The translations under genes were made by a program, and so were the position numbers. Positions 18,495 through 29,812 of a stretch of DNA of 64,000 nucleotides are shown here, piece after piece (the first letter of the stretch is position 1; each line of letters opens with the position of its first letter). Under the pieces are notes generated by a model. It saw nothing but the letters and a program-made list of their open reading frames with translations. It was not told the DNA's origin and searched no databases. Location: the sequence record NC_048668.1. One strand, written 5' to 3'.

Positions 18495-20723
18495 ATGTCC
18501 GCTAATATTCAGAACCCATTTAATCGTCCTGCGTCACACTACACGCGTAACATCGATGTCATTACGGGTTACATCGAACAGAATACTTTACTCCTCCATA
18601 AGTCAACTGGACTTCCGATGGATGAGTGCGAAGCTTTCGTAAGGGAAGAACTCTTCGAAGGCCCGAATAAAATGAAGGATCCTGAGTTCCTGTTATTGGA
18701 AAGGGACGACGAACTCGATCAGCATCCTAAAGCAGTGAGGTTTACTCAGTACATCAGTACAGTGACTTCAAACGGCTGGTTACTGGCACCTACCTTCACT
18801 ACGGTACTGCCACCGCACATCAAACAGTCTCTGCTTTCTGAATACATCAAAGGAAACTTGAGCAAACGTTCCGCTGAGAAGCACTTGATGTTTGAAGCCG
18901 AGCGTAAAGGTAATGGATTTAAAGCTACGTTCCACAAGAACAACCAGAACAACAAAAAGATCCTGAACAACGCCATCTCAGGCAACCACCGTTCTGAGCA
19001 CAGTCCGTTACATGACCGTAGTACTCACCCGGTGTTGACTTCGTGCTGTCGTATTGCTAACGGTAGTGCTAACTCCAACGATGATCGGTTGTTGTCCGGT
19101 AACCGTCACTATTGGAAGCCTGAAGTTGTACTGAACAATATCAGTAGTATCCTCAGCCTGAGCAATTGGGACGAAGTGGAAGAAGCGGTAGTGAAGCATA
19201 ACCTCCATATCCCGACAGTGGATGAAGTTATGGAAGTTATCCGTTGGGGTAGTGACCTTTATTGGGGTCGTGGTAACCCTGACTCACCAGCTCACCGTAC
19301 GATCCGTAAGTACGTAGAGGGTTGCACGGATATCGAGCGTGCAGGTATTGTTTATACCGGCGACCTTTACCACTTGCGTAAATACAACGAACCGTTAGTA
19401 CGTGACTTCATCTCTGGTCTGGTTACTCCAGCTACCGAGATCGACCCTGATCATGAAGCGTGGCTGAAACACGTAGATGATGACACCATCGCACAGATGA
19501 AAGTTATGTTCCCACACATTCTCTTGGAAGAGGATCTTTGGGATGACTACGAAGAAGTGAGTCAACGTGAAGGCTTTGGTCTGATGGGCACAACGTGCAA
19601 ACAGATCTACCAGAAGCTGGACAAGTATAAGGAGATCATCAACGTCTTCTTCATGTCTAAGAACATTCCGTTCCTGACTTGTGACTTCCCCCACTCCATC
19701 CGTCGTAGTGGTGTAGGTTCAGATACAGACTCCGCAATCTTTACGGTGCAGGATTGGGTACAATGGTACTCTGGTCACAACCGCGTGAACCATGAGAACA
19801 TCATCATAGCCGAATCTATGGGCTTCATTGTATCTCAAACCACAACACACAACCTGGCTAGCTTGGCGGGTAACATGGGTGTTGTAGAACCTAAAGAAGT
19901 ATTCCGTCTCTCAATGAAGAACGAATACCTGTTCCCTATCTTTACTCTTACGTCTCGTGCTAAGCACTACTTTGCTAACATGGCGGTACAAGAGGGGGTA
20001 ATCTTTAAGAAGTATAAACGTGAGAAGAAAGGTGTGGAGTTAATCGCATCTAACTCACCGGCCGGGGTACGTGCTGACCTTGACAGAATCATCGAGGAAA
20101 TCACTGACCTGGCTACGGAAGATAAAAAGATTAACCTCGCTCGTTACTTACGCTGGGTAGCTCGTTGGGAATACACCATTTACGATTCTATTCGTAACGG
20201 TGAAGTAACTTACCTGAAAGCTGCTCGTGTAAAAGAGGAAGATGGTTACGAAGGTGAAAACACCCCTTACCTGAACTATGAGTTGTGGCAGGAAGTGTTC
20301 GCACCTAAGTATGGTTTGATCGAACCACCTCCGTATTCTGCTTTGGCGTTTAGCATTATTCATGACACCAAGAAGAAAACGGATAACTGGTTGAATACGT
20401 GGGAAGATCAGGAGATGGCTGGTCGCTTCCGTAAATGGTTAGCGTCTAAAGGGAAGAGTTACGTTGGTCGTATGTTGCTGCCTGAGAGTATCATTATCTC
20501 CATGGGTATTCCATCAGAGATTCTGGATGCAATCGACGTTCGCAAGATTATCGGTTCAGCAATGAGCCCGATGTACCTGGTCTTAGAGAGCCTGGACTAC
20601 TATCTGTTTGACAGTAACCAGACTCGCCTTATCTTTGACCACATCGACCGTGACGTAGCCTTTATGGACGTAGACCAAGTGGACTCAGCACTTCGGACTC
20701 AAGTAGTTGAAGAGTTCGATTAA
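18495..20723 (+). CDS. family B DNA polymerase, polymerase part (phiKZ gp50-like)
   Basis: KxxxNAISG motif B (KKILNNAISG), SDTDS motif C, KHYF, KGVE. Confidence 0.85.
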   Translation: MSANIQNPFNRPASHYTRNIDVITGYIEQNTLLLHKSTGLPMDECEAFVREELFEGPNKMKDPEFLLLERDDELDQHPKAVRFTQYISTVTSNGWLLAPTFTTVLPPHIKQSLLSEYIKGNLSKRSAEKHLMFEAERKGNGFKATFHKNNQNNKKILNNAISGNHRSEHSPLHDRSTHPVLTSCCRIANGSANSNDDRLLSGNRHYWKPEVVLNNISSILSLSNWDEVEEAVVKHNLHIPTVDEVMEVIRWGSDLYWGRGNPDSPAHRTIRKYVEGCTDIERAGIVYTGDLYHLRKYNEPLVRDFISGLVTPATEIDPDHEAWLKHVDDDTIAQMKVMFPHILLEEDLWDDYEEVSQREGFGLMGTTCKQIYQKLDKYKEIINVFFMSKNIPFLTCDFPHSIRRSGVGSDTDSAIFTVQDWVQWYSGHNRVNHENIIIAESMGFIVSQTTTHNLASLAGNMGVVEPKEVFRLSMKNEYLFPIFTLTSRAKHYFANMAVQEGVIFKKYKREKKGVELIASNSPAGVRADLDRIIEEITDLATEDKKINLARYLRWVARWEYTIYDSIRNGEVTYLKAARVKEEDGYEGENTPYLNYELWQEVFAPKYGLIEPPPYSALAFSIIHDTKKKTDNWLNTWEDQEMAGRFRKWLASKGKSYVGRMLLPESIIISMGIPSEILDAIDVRKIIGSAMSPMYLVLESLDYYLFDSNQTRLIFDHIDRDVAFMDVDQVDSALRTQVVEEFD

Positions 20724-21760
20724 CATCGACGCCGGTAATCCCATTGAAGTAGTTACCGTTCTTTAACCGATTGAAATAGCGATCAAGGTATTGAGCAACG
20801 CGGGTATTGTTCTGCGTCTTAGTCTCTTTACCTGCCCAGGCAAGGAACGCCAGGTATCGCATATAAGCCAAGGTATAAATACCCAGGTTCTGTCGGTTGA
20901 AGAACGTATCCGGGATTCGCAGTTTATCTGCGAGGTTATCCAGGAAGATCAGAGGGATCTGAGCTGGCAAAGTAAGGAAGTCTTTGTTGGCTGTACGTAA
21001 CCGATTGATCAAGTCGGCAATAACTGAATCTGCAGGTGTGTTTAAATCCACGGAGGCCAGCCCAATTCGTTTGGGTTGGCTTACCATGGGTTTATGCTCC
21101 CATCTCGCTGCCAGACGGTTAAAGAAGCAAGTATCGATATCGCTACTGATCATGTTCACCAATGGGTATTGATAAACGAACTGAGTAACTAGCGGTTTGA
21201 CTTCGCTATATGTCTGGACATTAGCTTTCCATTTAACGAACTGGAGAGCAAGTAAACCGATGTCCAATTCTAGGAAAGCACCGGGCCTTACCGATCGGAT
21301 AATCTTCACCGTTACGAGTCTGCATGGTCAAGTCGGTAAATGGATGAGATATTACCTTAATAGGTTCCAAGTCCATCCAGATGTCTGTCACGTCCAAATT
21401 GGTTGGGTAGCGACGCTTGACGCAGATAATGAATTCGCGAACGCTTTTAGGGAAGAAAGAGTTCTTACTCAGCGCACCTGACAGTTGAACTTCATTGTTC
21501 AGTCCAAGTGCACGGATGATCTTATCAGCCTGGGTGTTAACACGGTAATAAAAGTCTTCATCATCACCCAGGTACTGAACCGCTACGTGCTGAAGAACCT
21601 GAACCAGGATATGGTCGGACTCCACCGCGTGTACAGATTTACGGTACCAGTATTTGGTACGAACCAAATTCGATTGAGCATTGTTCCTGAGGAGATTCAT
21701 GGCGCCAGGCGTATAATCCCTGACGTTATCTGTCCTTAGGTCTTTGAATATTTCGATCAT
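20662..21760 (-). CDS. conserved core protein between DNA polymerase and chimallin; +1 frameshift near 21285
   Basis: two overlapping ORFs join (GKPGAFLELDIG) if one G is removed. Confidence 0.6.
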
Positions 21761-21792
21761 CGTTTACCTCATGGGTAAAGGGTTAGGTAATT

Positions 21793-21822
21793 TTTTACAT
21801 ACGATCCATTAGATATGTAAAA
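21793..21822. promoter_or_regulatory. palindromic divergent TATG-type promoter
   Basis: TTTTACATA-N12-TATGTAAAA perfect 9-bp inverted repeat. Confidence 0.5.
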
Positions 21823-21951
21823 GTAACTATTCCGATTGGAATTGTTGCTAGGTACGTATAATCTATTATATGTACAAACTATTCTTGGGTGCCTCGGGGT
21901 GCTCAGGTCGTACTATAGGCTATATAGCCGAAATGAAACTTTTTTCACGTC

Positions 21952-21959
21952 TATATTCC
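21952..21959 (+). promoter_or_regulatory. early promoter variant (TATATTCC) for chimallin
   Basis: TTTTTCACGT context and N5-TGA spacing like the other copies. Confidence 0.6.
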
Positions 21960-22048
21960 TACTATGAAGATAAACAAAGATGTTTCTTCTTCAAATAATT
22001 ACTTTCATTGCAATGAAACAATAAACAATGCTTTTAAGGAGCAAAACA

Positions 22049-23884
22049 ATGAGTCTGTCTGACCAAAACGTTAACGAAGCTAAAAACACCCAACGCGCTG
22101 CAGCTGCACAGGGTCAACAACCTCGCGAACAAGCAGGCCGTCGTCTGAACACCAACATCTTCGAAAGCGGCCAACTGGTACAAGCCGGCGTTTCCGGTAA
22201 CGAACTGACCACTTTCATCGAGCGCTTCAACGCTTATCACGACGCAAACAAAGCTGCTCTGTCTGCCGGCGGTCAACTGACCTGGGCCGTAATCCCAGCA
22301 TCTTCTGGCGAAACCAAAATGAAGCTGGATGCAGCTGTCGTTGTCGGTAAAGCCACTACCTCCGAAGGCGTGATCACCACTGCACTGACTCTGCTGTTCA
22401 CCGGCGGCCAGCCTCTGCCGAAGCAAGTCGTAGAGATCAGCAACCGTAACGAGCGTCAGTACTCTGCCGTCGCGAACGATCAGTTCACCGAAGCGTATCA
22501 GAAAAAGCTGACCGAAATCATCAACCGCAAAGCGCCTTACATGGGCGAAGCTGAAAACATCGTTCTGATGGGCGCCGTGGCAGTAACCAACGCGCAACTG
22601 AGCGAAGCGAAGTGTGAAGACCTGATCATCTCCGCGGTGAACTCCGTCTTCGGTTACCTGGGCAACATGCTGCGTACCGAACACTTCTCTCTGACCGATG
22701 CGATCGACTCTCAGCGCAGCGAGTTCGTTTCTCGCGTGATCTACAATCAGGGCGATGCCCATGACGAAATCACCGAGCGTCCTCGTCGTCGCGATCTGGC
22801 CGTCGAAGTATCTCTGGCAACCAAAGGTCAGCGTAACCGTGTGTCTAACGCACTGGAAAACGCTGAAGGCGCAATGGACATCGCAACCAATCGAAGGTTA
22901 CGTTGATCTGCTGTTCCTGGGTCGTCCGGATGGTCAGCAACGTCGTTCTCGCTACCGTTCTCAGCGTGAAGAAGACGCAGCGCGTCAGATCTACGGTAAA
23001 AACCTGGTCATCACCCACATGAAGCACGAAGCTTCTCCCGAGCACCTGTGCCTGGCACTGGCCCAGGATCCCTGTACTGATCAACGAAAACGTTCTGACC
23101 ACTGGCCTGAAGCCAGCCGGCGACAACGCGAAACTGCGTACTCCGGTTGCTCTGACCTACGAGCTGGACGAAGAGTTCGAAGCAGTGCCGGACGTTCTGG
23201 ACGATGCAGAGTGGGCTGACCTGACCGACGTAGTGATCCAACCGGATCAGAACTTCGTAACCGTACTGATCGACGAAACCGGCATCACCACCCAACAGCA
23301 GAAACTGCTGCTGCAAGCGACCGACCGCATGAACCCGAACCGTGACCTGTTCGCAGACATGCTGGTACAAGCGGCTGATAACCTGACCAAAGGCGCCTTC
23401 ATGGAAAGCCTGGGCGCAGCGCGTATCAACCCGCTGGATATCGGCGAACGTCAAGACCCGTATCGTCCTGCTGGGCGAATGGACTGACGACCGTGGCCAA
23501 ATCCGTTCTCTGACCGAAATCGACTACTACGCGATCCTGACTGCCTTCGGCCAGAAAGATCGTCGCATCGTAGAAGACTGGGATCGTTGCCAGAACGATG
23601 TAAGCCTGCCGATCGAAATCCGTCTGGCGAAAATGGAAGAGATCATCGACCAATTCACCGGCGGTTCCTACCGCATCACCGGTCACGGTGTTCCAGTACT
23701 GGTTAACACCCAGTGGCTGTTCACTCTGACCAACGCCGCAGAGCGCGCTGGTATGGTTACTCAGGCTGACGGTATCTATCAGGATACTCGTTTCCGTCGT
23801 GGTTTCCAATCTCAGTACGCTACTTCCGGTTACGCCGGCAAAGCGTTCCGTATGCGTGGTACTGGTCGCAACGATTACTTCTAA
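22049..23884 (+). CDS. chmA: chimallin, nuclear shell protein (about 610 aa after repair of three +1 frameshifts near 22889, 23067, 23461)
   Basis: position between DNA polymerase and RNAP beta' subunit; GYVDL and EIDY motifs; extreme codon bias; repaired size matches. Confidence 0.8.
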
Positions 23885-23924
23885 GTAATAGTTCGGAAGT
23901 AATTGAAGTACTCCCGTAAGGGTG

Positions 23925-23958
23925 AGAAAGGGGGCGTTTGCCTCCTTTCTTTTTTTCT
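23925..23958 (+). terminator. intrinsic terminator
   Basis: AGAAAGGGGGC-GTTT-GCCTCCTTTCT plus T run. Confidence 0.8.
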
Positions 23959-23985
23959 ATCTTTTCAGAAAAGAGGGGAAAGTAA

Positions 23986-25263
23986 TTGGGTGTTTATCTG
24001 TTAAATCCGGACTATGACAGGGATATCGCAGCTCTGCCTCGTCCTCCAATTATCCTCAATGATATCGACCCGGCGCATTATGAAGGTACTGATCCAGTCA
24101 AAGAACTGACCATGACCGAATATAGCGACGACTTCATTGAGACATTACCGGCGTGTGAGTGTGGCCACACCCATGGTCGGTATAATTCATCGAACGACCC
24201 AAGTATCCCTAACACGGTATGTCCGAAATGTCAGACTGAAGTGATGAGCCCAATCGATCGAGGGTTTAAATCTTCTGTGTGGCTGAGAGCACCTAACGGT
24301 GTTCGTGCGTTCATCCGTATCAATGCGTTGGTCATGTTGCTGAAGAACTTCACCCAGGAGAACTTCTCGGCAATTGAATGGCTCTGTAACACCAAATATA
24401 AGCCAACCAACGATACCAGTGCCACGTTCCGTCGGTTCAAAGAACTGAACATCCCTCGTGGCTATAATCACTTTATCGAGAACTTCGATGACATCCTGGG
24501 AGCGATGGTGGATAGTAAGATATTCAAGCCATCTGCTAACCGTAACGATGCGTTGGTGTATTTCGATAAGTTCAGGGATCTCCTGTTCCCAACTGTCCTC
24601 CCACTACCATCTCGCCGGTCTATCATCACGGAGCTTAGTAACAAAACTCGGTTCTGTGCTGAAGGCTATGCAGATGTCGTCGATGCTGCACGAGCTATTT
24701 ACAGCTTGGTCGGTAAAGATGAACCGCGTTATCAAGTGACTAAGGAATATCACGTATTCCGAGCACTGATGATGTTGGTGAAGTATCGGGAATATATCGA
24801 CAAGAACATCCTGGGTAAGAAAGAAGGCTGGTTCCGTAAACAGATCTATGGATCTCGTACCGGGCCAACTTATCGTGGCGTAGTAACGTCTATCGCGGGA
24901 TCTCACGACTATGAAGAAATGCATATGCCGTGGGGGATTGCGTTAGGGGTTTATCACACCCACTTGATCGGAAAGTTAGTTCGTCGCGGATTCACCATCC
25001 AAGACTCTGAGGATCTACTGATCTCTTCAGTAGGGCGTTATAATCCACTGATCTCCACACTGCTGGATGAGCTGATTGACGAATCTCCGTTTACGACAAT
25101 TAGTGGTAAACGTGGACTGCCTCAGTTGCTGGGTCGAAATCCAACGTTGAACTTACGTTCGATTCAGAACCTGTTTGTCACCAAAATCAAAAGGGACGTG
25201 CACGACAATACTATCGGCCTATCGCTGCTAGTGCTGAAGGCTCCGAACTGTGACTTCGACGGT
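23986..25263 (+). CDS. non-virion RNAP beta' N-terminal subunit (phiKZ gp55-like), exon 1
   Basis: Zn finger CECG...CPKC, RNPTL, ends NCDFDG at the 5' splice site. Confidence 0.88.
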
Positions 25264-25559
25264 AGAAGTAACCCAACTAAGTTGCCGTCTTAAAACTCCT
25301 TTAACTGCTGGGAACTCTTGCTAGGTAGATTGGCTACAACGTAACTGGAAACGGTAAGCGTGAATGCTTGAAAACAATCTAATAGAGACAATCAGCATCC
25401 AAGCTCCTGTAAAATGGAGAAGGTTCAACGACTATCGAAAGCACGTAACACGGATGTGGTAAACGTAGTGAGTAGAGTAGGGGAAACCCGAAACGGGGAG
25501 CACTTGAACGATTCAAGTGAAGATATAGTCTGTTAAGTACTCGGTGCATTTAGCCGAGG
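25264..25559 (+). mobile_element. group I intron without ORF (296 nt)
   Basis: P1 GACGGT/GCCGTC with U-G at splice site; P AACTGCTGGGAA, Q AATCAGCATCC, R GTTCAACGACTA, S AAGATATAGTC; ends in G; splicing restores DFDGD. Confidence 0.9.
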
Positions 25560-25733
25560 GACATGTTGGGCGGGATGCCTATCCTGAGTAAGGCGGATTA
25601 TCATCGTGTGCGCAAATTAGCTCCTCACACGGGTACATTCGATCTGAACAAACCGCACGCCTTGAACAACAATATGGCGTTGGGTGCTCCGGTAAGGGCT
25701 ACGATAAACAACTACCTTCACAGGAGGAAGTAA
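25560..25733 (+). CDS. non-virion RNAP beta' subunit, exon 2
   Basis: GAC ATG TTG... = DMLGGMPILSK...NNYLHRRK stop, in frame after splicing. Confidence 0.85.
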   Translation, partial: DMLGGMPILSKADYHRVRKLAPHTGTFDLNKPHALNNNMALGAPVRATINNYLHRRK

Positions 25734-26354
25734 TTGAAAATTTCTATAGTTAGCGGAGACGAGCGATCGTTCCGAGCGGCTGCGTTCGGGATGCCTGATC
25801 GTGACTCCGTAGAGCGGACATATTCTCGTCTGGAAGAATTCAGTCGTGGGTTGTCTTCTCGGGCAAGGGAAGGTCTGGAGCGTACTCGTGGGTTGATTGA
25901 ATCCATGTATGACGATACGGTGCGTAACTCGCTGCGTATTCTGGGCCGGGTTAAACGCGGGCTGTTCCGTGATGACGTTATCCAGTTCTTGGATGATCAG
26001 ACAGAAATTGCCACAGCACCGATGACCATGCGTCGTTGGATTCTGGCGCACCCATTCATCCGTAGTCGTTATGATACCCAGTCCATTGATGCTTGGGGTA
26101 GTAAACCCGGTCAGTGGGATCTGGAAGGTAAAGGCTATGAAGATCTCTTCTATCGTGCAGCGACCAATGGTCTGGCAACGAAGAACGAGAAAGGTGAATG
26201 GTGGAGCGAATATACGTTTGGCGGTTGTTCTGTTCCTGGTGCGGGTACTATCTCTCTGGAAGAGCAGATGGATATCCTGGCTACCTGGGATATTATTGAC
26301 GACTGCATCGCAGACGGAATCGATCCGACTTCAGTAATGAAAGAGCGTCTTTAA
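25734..26354 (+). CDS. conserved core hypothetical protein
   Basis: SD AGGAGG, TTG start, terminator at 26361-26394. Confidence 0.7.
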   Translation: MKISIVSGDERSFRAAAFGMPDRDSVERTYSRLEEFSRGLSSRAREGLERTRGLIESMYDDTVRNSLRILGRVKRGLFRDDVIQFLDDQTEIATAPMTMRRWILAHPFIRSRYDTQSIDAWGSKPGQWDLEGKGYEDLFYRAATNGLATKNEKGEWWSEYTFGGCSVPGAGTISLEEQMDILATWDIIDDCIADGIDPTSVMKERL

Positions 26355-26436
26355 TAGACGAAGAAGAGGGGCGTTTGCTCCTCTTCTTTTTTTGTTCGAA
26401 TTCTATGGACAAGTAATCATTCATTAGGAGTTCTAG

Positions 26437-26832
26437 ATGGCAACTGTACATGCCTCTTTAAACGGGTACGGTTACACCAAAGACCCAACTATCATTGCCG
26501 ATGAGTTATTCGGCGAGAGCATCTATAGCAGGCGCTCTCAGACCGAGATCTACTTCGGGAAGATCGTCTCCTTGGACGACATGATTCGACAATTCAGCGA
26601 TCGACCTACTGAGCTTTGTAAGGAGTTGGAAGATCAATACACTGAGTTGTTTGGTCGTCACTTTGTGGACGTACGGGTTCAGGCTACTTCCGAGGAGCCT
26701 GAAGGTAAAGACACTTTCAACGTAGTGTTAAAAATTAGATATCTGCGAGATGGTATACGGTACGACTTCGCGCGTGTCATCGAGCACTACGATGGCGTCG
26801 TTAAAGAGATTACAAGGATACTTGACAAATGA
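26437..26832 (+). CDS. putative baseplate wedge/gp25-like virion protein
   Basis: 131 aa, SD AGGAG; synteny; fold inferred. Confidence 0.45.
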   Translation: MATVHASLNGYGYTKDPTIIADELFGESIYSRRSQTEIYFGKIVSLDDMIRQFSDRPTELCKELEDQYTELFGRHFVDVRVQATSEEPEGKDTFNVVLKIRYLRDGIRYDFARVIEHYDGVVKEITRILDK

Positions 26833-27392
26833 CCGATCTCACTCCTCCAATTCCTCAGGAAGATACCAGATTCCTGGATGCGATCTTAGACTGGAGCGAA
26901 GCCTCCATCGGATCCATCGATAAAGAAACATTTGCCCGTACCTGGCTACCTGCCTTGACCAGCGAAGATAAAGTTATTCGTGAAAACGCCTGGCGTGCCT
27001 GGGAAGCTGACGTTGCCAAAAGCTTTTCCTTGCCGGTCTATGTTACCGAAGACGGCGAACGTAAGTGGTTAGTTCCTCCTGTCATCGGCACCATTAACTC
27101 GGGTTACACTGCCAACCCAATGTCAGTAAATACTCAGAACCAGATGGTAGCAACTATGCGTAACCGTCTGCTCGCCAACGGCGACATTGCCCAGGACAAA
27201 ATGTTCGAGGGTATCGCCAATGCAGATGGCACTGCCGCAGATATCAATAAGTTCTATCAGCTGAACTGGTTTGTTATTCTCCGTGACTTCGGTCACCTGA
27301 AAGATGAATCTGGAAAGGCGGTTGCTGCTACTAATGTAGAAGCGGCTAATGGTAGTGATGATGTCTACGAAGAAGATGAGTATGATTTCTGA
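26829..27392 (+). CDS. conserved core hypothetical protein
   Basis: ATGA overlap; acidic tail. Confidence 0.7.
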   Translation: MTDLTPPIPQEDTRFLDAILDWSEASIGSIDKETFARTWLPALTSEDKVIRENAWRAWEADVAKSFSLPVYVTEDGERKWLVPPVIGTINSGYTANPMSVNTQNQMVATMRNRLLANGDIAQDKMFEGIANADGTAADINKFYQLNWFVILRDFGHLKDESGKAVAATNVEAANGSDDVYEEDEYDF

Positions 27393-28506
27393 CGAAAAAG
27401 GCCTGCGTATTGGGCTCGTCAGTGATGTTCACTTTTTCCATAAACGGACTCGGTCGCCACGTATGTTGGCGGCCATCCGTCGTCTATTTCCGGATAATGA
27501 CGAAACGGGAGAATTAGACATCATTGCGATTACCGGTGACTGGACAGATCACTTGGTATCGTTAGATGATCCCGATGTATATTTCGCCCAGGAAGCGGCG
27601 ATTTACTTGATGCGACTCTGTGCCAAACGGGACATTGACCTTATCGTCCTGGAAGGTACCAAATCACATGACCGAAACCAAAACATCATGTTCGACAAAT
27701 TGAACAAGATACTGGAATTAGGTTGTAACGTTATCTACCGAGACACGCTGTGTATTGAGTATCTGGAAAAGCATGGGATTAACATTCTGTTCTTACCTGA
27801 TGAATGGTCGCCTAATGCTGAGGTTACTCTGCAACAGGCCAAAGACTTGATTCACTCTCGTGGCTTGGCAAAAGTTGACTTTGTCTTTATGCATGGCGGA
27901 TTCACTTACCAATTACCCGGCATCCCATCTCCAGCGTTGCACGACGCAGTAGCATGGAGTGAGTTAGTTGAGTATGCGGTATTTAGTGGACACATTCACA
28001 CTCACTCTCGTTATCTTAACGTCATGTCCGTAGGCTCTCTGGAGCGCCTTGGGCACGGCGAAGAAGAAAACAAGGGCGTAGTCTACATGACCTATGCAAA
28101 TGGGCGTGAGACGGACTACGTGCGTAAATTCAACCATGATGCTAGGATTTACCGTACTCTTGATGTTCAGGGTATGGAGATCAATGACGTCTTACAGATT
28201 ATTGATTCAGAGGGGCCATGGGAACCGGGTTCTGCGATTCGTCTTCTGTTCGATCCTGAAGATCCTAAGATGGCTATAATGGAGGCGGTAAAAGCAATAT
28301 ACGGAGATATTGAGTTTACTGAGAAAGTCAACGGTAAGAAGTTAAAAACAATGCATCGTGGTACTGCGTTTGTCCAGCAGAAATACGTAGCTACGCCGAT
28401 TACTCGTGCAAACGTATCTTCTCTTTTAGAGAAGCGCTGGTCTGATCGTGGTACTGATTCAGCAACCATCGAAGAACATCTTGATTTGGTAAGGGGACTT
28501 TTGTGA
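27382..28506 (+). CDS. sbcD: SbcD/Mre11-like metallophosphoesterase nuclease
   Basis: SDVH, TGDW, GTKSHD, FMHG, GHIH motifs. Confidence 0.88.
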   Translation: MISDEKGLRIGLVSDVHFFHKRTRSPRMLAAIRRLFPDNDETGELDIIAITGDWTDHLVSLDDPDVYFAQEAAIYLMRLCAKRDIDLIVLEGTKSHDRNQNIMFDKLNKILELGCNVIYRDTLCIEYLEKHGINILFLPDEWSPNAEVTLQQAKDLIHSRGLAKVDFVFMHGGFTYQLPGIPSPALHDAVAWSELVEYAVFSGHIHTHSRYLNVMSVGSLERLGHGEEENKGVVYMTYANGRETDYVRKFNHDARIYRTLDVQGMEINDVLQIIDSEGPWEPGSAIRLLFDPEDPKMAIMEAVKAIYGDIEFTEKVNGKKLKTMHRGTAFVQQKYVATPITRANVSSLLEKRWSDRGTDSATIEEHLDLVRGLL

Positions 28507-28907
28507 AGGCAATTGTTAGAAACTCAATGGAGGTCACCGTAGACAATACGGTGCCTTATATCCTACTTTTGGCTTTGTCGCCTGTATTAGGACTTATCGC
28601 TAAGGTAACGTTCTGGTCGTTTTACGGCGGCTCCAGTATTTTGATCTTCGGGGCAGGTGTTGGGTTAATCGTTCACTGGTGTTCGTGGGTGATGACTAAC
28701 ACTACTGAGAACGACGGTATCCCTGGCTGGTTAGCTGGGGTAATGTCTTACCTGGCTGTCAGTATTGGTTTTGTTCTGATCAACTGGGGACTCCACCTTA
28801 TCGACTACAGAGTACGAGTTGATACAGCTAACGCGTCTATCGTCTGTCTGTTAGCGGCATCTGCCGTACCGTTGATTCGCTTATGGTTCGATAAACGAAA
28901 AGGGTAA
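28503..28907 (+). CDS. membrane protein (about 4 TM)
   Basis: hydrophobic segments. Confidence 0.65.
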   Translation: MKAIVRNSMEVTVDNTVPYILLLALSPVLGLIAKVTFWSFYGGSSILIFGAGVGLIVHWCSWVMTNTTENDGIPGWLAGVMSYLAVSIGFVLINWGLHLIDYRVRVDTANASIVCLLAASAVPLIRLWFDKRKG

Positions 28908-28910
28908 GTT

Positions 28911-29735
28911 ATGAACGCATACGACGTCCTTTCTCAGCGGGCTGTCGGCGAACTTCCGATTTCTATAGGCACGGCTCTAGCTCTTGAGGGGCTAGAGAAA
29001 AACATTAGCGCTGGTGATTCTGGTAATCAGCGCTATGGTGCTTTGTGGATTAACATTCGCACGCTGTACCGTAACATCTACGAATCGGTGGAGAATATCC
29101 GCCGACCTTTATTAACGCCAAAAGCAATTGCGGATACATTGATCGAAGAAGTTCAGTATATTCGTCGTTTTGCTAGCGGTAAGATTGACCACGTTCAGTT
29201 GTACCACCGTGAGTACGCAGATCTACTTCGTCGGTTCCCGAAAGCGTACATTAAGGTTCCTAATACCCCATTGCAAAAACAATACGATGCGTTCATGAAC
29301 AAGACACTGGACATTGTCATTGCTCGTGATGTCGACCAAAGTATTGAATGGGATAAGGGATCAATATTGCGCGGTGAGCCTACCAAAGCGTTGATCATTA
29401 CTCACTACCCGGTTGACTTACTTTCTCGTACCAAGTTCACTCAGCTACGTTTGCTGGAGTCGTACACGGCTGCGATTAAGTCTAAGTCACAATGGAACAC
29501 GAAGTTGACAGAAGGTAAGAACCTCAAGAACATGCCTTTCAACGATTTCACTATTCAGGTGTTTGGCGATGGCCCGACGCAGTTCTTGCGTATGCCAATT
29601 GCAATTCGCCGAGCGGTTATCGATTGTGCAATTAAGTACAAATGGACACCGATGACCACCACTGAAAAGATCCGTCAGAACATCCAATGGATACCTGACA
29701 AATCGATCGTAGAGCTACTCAGAGAGGCTCTCTAG
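28911..29735 (+). CDS. conserved core protein, possible nuclease-like fold
   Basis: GELPISIGT...LWINIRTLYRN motif; synteny; function uncertain. Confidence 0.55.
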   Translation: MNAYDVLSQRAVGELPISIGTALALEGLEKNISAGDSGNQRYGALWINIRTLYRNIYESVENIRRPLLTPKAIADTLIEEVQYIRRFASGKIDHVQLYHREYADLLRRFPKAYIKVPNTPLQKQYDAFMNKTLDIVIARDVDQSIEWDKGSILRGEPTKALIITHYPVDLLSRTKFTQLRLLESYTAAIKSKSQWNTKLTEGKNLKNMPFNDFTIQVFGDGPTQFLRMPIAIRRAVIDCAIKYKWTPMTTTEKIRQNIQWIPDKSIVELLREAL

Positions 29736-29812
29736 TAGTATTTTACGCCGGCTCTAGTGATATGAGCCAACTTACAAATTTATCTTCAAACCGAATATTA
29801 AGGGTTTACCAA

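Noticed and set aside
20662-20723. Convergent overlap of DNA polymerase and the minus-strand gene as a regulatory device
   Set aside because: Short 3' overlaps are common in compact phage genomes; nothing further supports a function
22049-23884. Chimallin as a split gene or programmed-frameshift product
   Set aside because: No slippery heptamers or stimulatory structures; same +1 signature as unrelated genes, so an artefact is more likely
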